Assembly (NCBI GenBank): GCA_002633005.1 | Contig: NMRA01000292.1 | Coordinates: forward strand, 124,001-188,000 | From: Phoronis australis | Taxonomy: Eukaryota; Animalia; Phoronida | Direction: 5' to 3' | Length of the DNA: 64,000 nucleotides | Part shown: positions 62,962 through 64,000 of the stretch, in pieces | How positions within the stretch are numbered: position 1 is the stretch's first letter | Layout: every line of letters begins with the position of its first letter | Position numbers and translations under genes: made by a program | The notes under the pieces: model-generated | The model's input: the letters and a program-made list of their open reading frames with translations, nothing else | Databases searched by the model: none | Told to the model about the DNA's origin: nothing

Positions 62962-64000
62962 CTGGAAAATCAAAAGAACTGTTGATAAAAACAGACATCT
63001 AAATGTCCCTGACTGAAGATTCAATATATGTCACGTAAAATTACCAATACTTTTGTGATGTGCACTAACTATATATCCAGCAAGTAATTGTATTTTAAGT
63101 CTGCATTTCGCATTGTTTAGCTAGCTAAAAACGAAAATCAAATTAGGTCCTTTACTATCACAAATCAGTCTTACCATCTGTTAGAGTATGATCTCATATC
63201 CGAGTGAGTGCATGTGTAGGAGTAGTTCAGAGAATTAAGTATTATGTAATACACCCCCAACATGAGGAATTATAGTAAACATGTTTGTTCACTAAATCCT
63301 GTTATGTTTCATGTATGTCACTATATAAGTGTATGATCGCATGGATTGTAACAGACTCAGTAGTATCAGTAGAAGAGTATGTAATAAAACTATTATCCTC
63401 CTTCAGACTAGTATTATCCTTGGACCGCGTTCTCGCACTGTGTCGCGCATTCAACGTTCCTAACCGAACAGAATGCCTTTCACTGCTAGCACATCAACAC
63501 CATCATAGTATTCTATTAGTTACCAACTTATAAGTCACAGGCAATGCATACATATGCCATTTTCGAATTCGCAATTTTAGGATTGGCCAAAACCAATAAA
63601 CTCTAAAGCGTTTCCTTGAGTCTGACGATTTCGATGTTTTGTTGGGAACAAAAACAGAATTCTATCACAGCACAGCTCGACGCTTAGCATAACCTTAAAG
63701 TCGCCAAATTCAGACTGGCAAAATTCCCAAGTTACTAAACAGGAGCTGAAGTCGCCAAGGAAACCTTGTTCAGGGGGCTGCAAAACGGAACATTAGGAGT
63801 GTCTTGCATGCTCAGTAACGGCCAATTTCCCTTTTTGGGTCCCATACCCCTCGCAGTCTTACCTTCTAAAACACGTCAAGACGATCAAGTCATGTTATCT
63901 ATGCATGACAAATATCTGGGGGCTTCCAGTTTCTGCCGAGCGATTCCGACTTCCTGTCTATTTACTTCCTGTTGTATTTTGAGTGGGGGCTAGGATGTAT

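Noticed and set aside
63170-63235. Possible upstream BRIP1 exon (minus-strand gtaag donor)
   Set aside because: The translation does not match the expected motif Ia (RTHxQ); upstream exons probably lie beyond the window

Overview
Eukaryotic, intron-rich invertebrate (probably marine lophotrochozoan; inference) genomic DNA. Two large helicase-family genes converge tail-to-tail. The + strand has a strawberry notch homolog (SBNO1-like; 30 coding exons read by eye from 2740 to 34296, one open frame of about 1463 aa, start exon not located). The - strand has the 3' part of a FANCJ/BRIP1 Fe-S DNA helicase (21 exons from 62961 to 39112, 5' exons beyond the window). Nested in introns are an initiator tRNA-Met gene, a young but defective Ty1/copia (GalEa-like) LTR retrotransposon whose PBS matches that tRNA, several MITE/SINE copies, and mini- and microsatellites. 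The most notable signals are a spliced CxxC...CxxC Yippee/Mis18-like module at the FANCJ C-terminus, tandem arrays that duplicate splice sites in both genes, a U12-type intron, a GC-AG intron, and a possible degenerate duplicate SBNO1 exon. There are no prokaryotic features and no CRISPR array.
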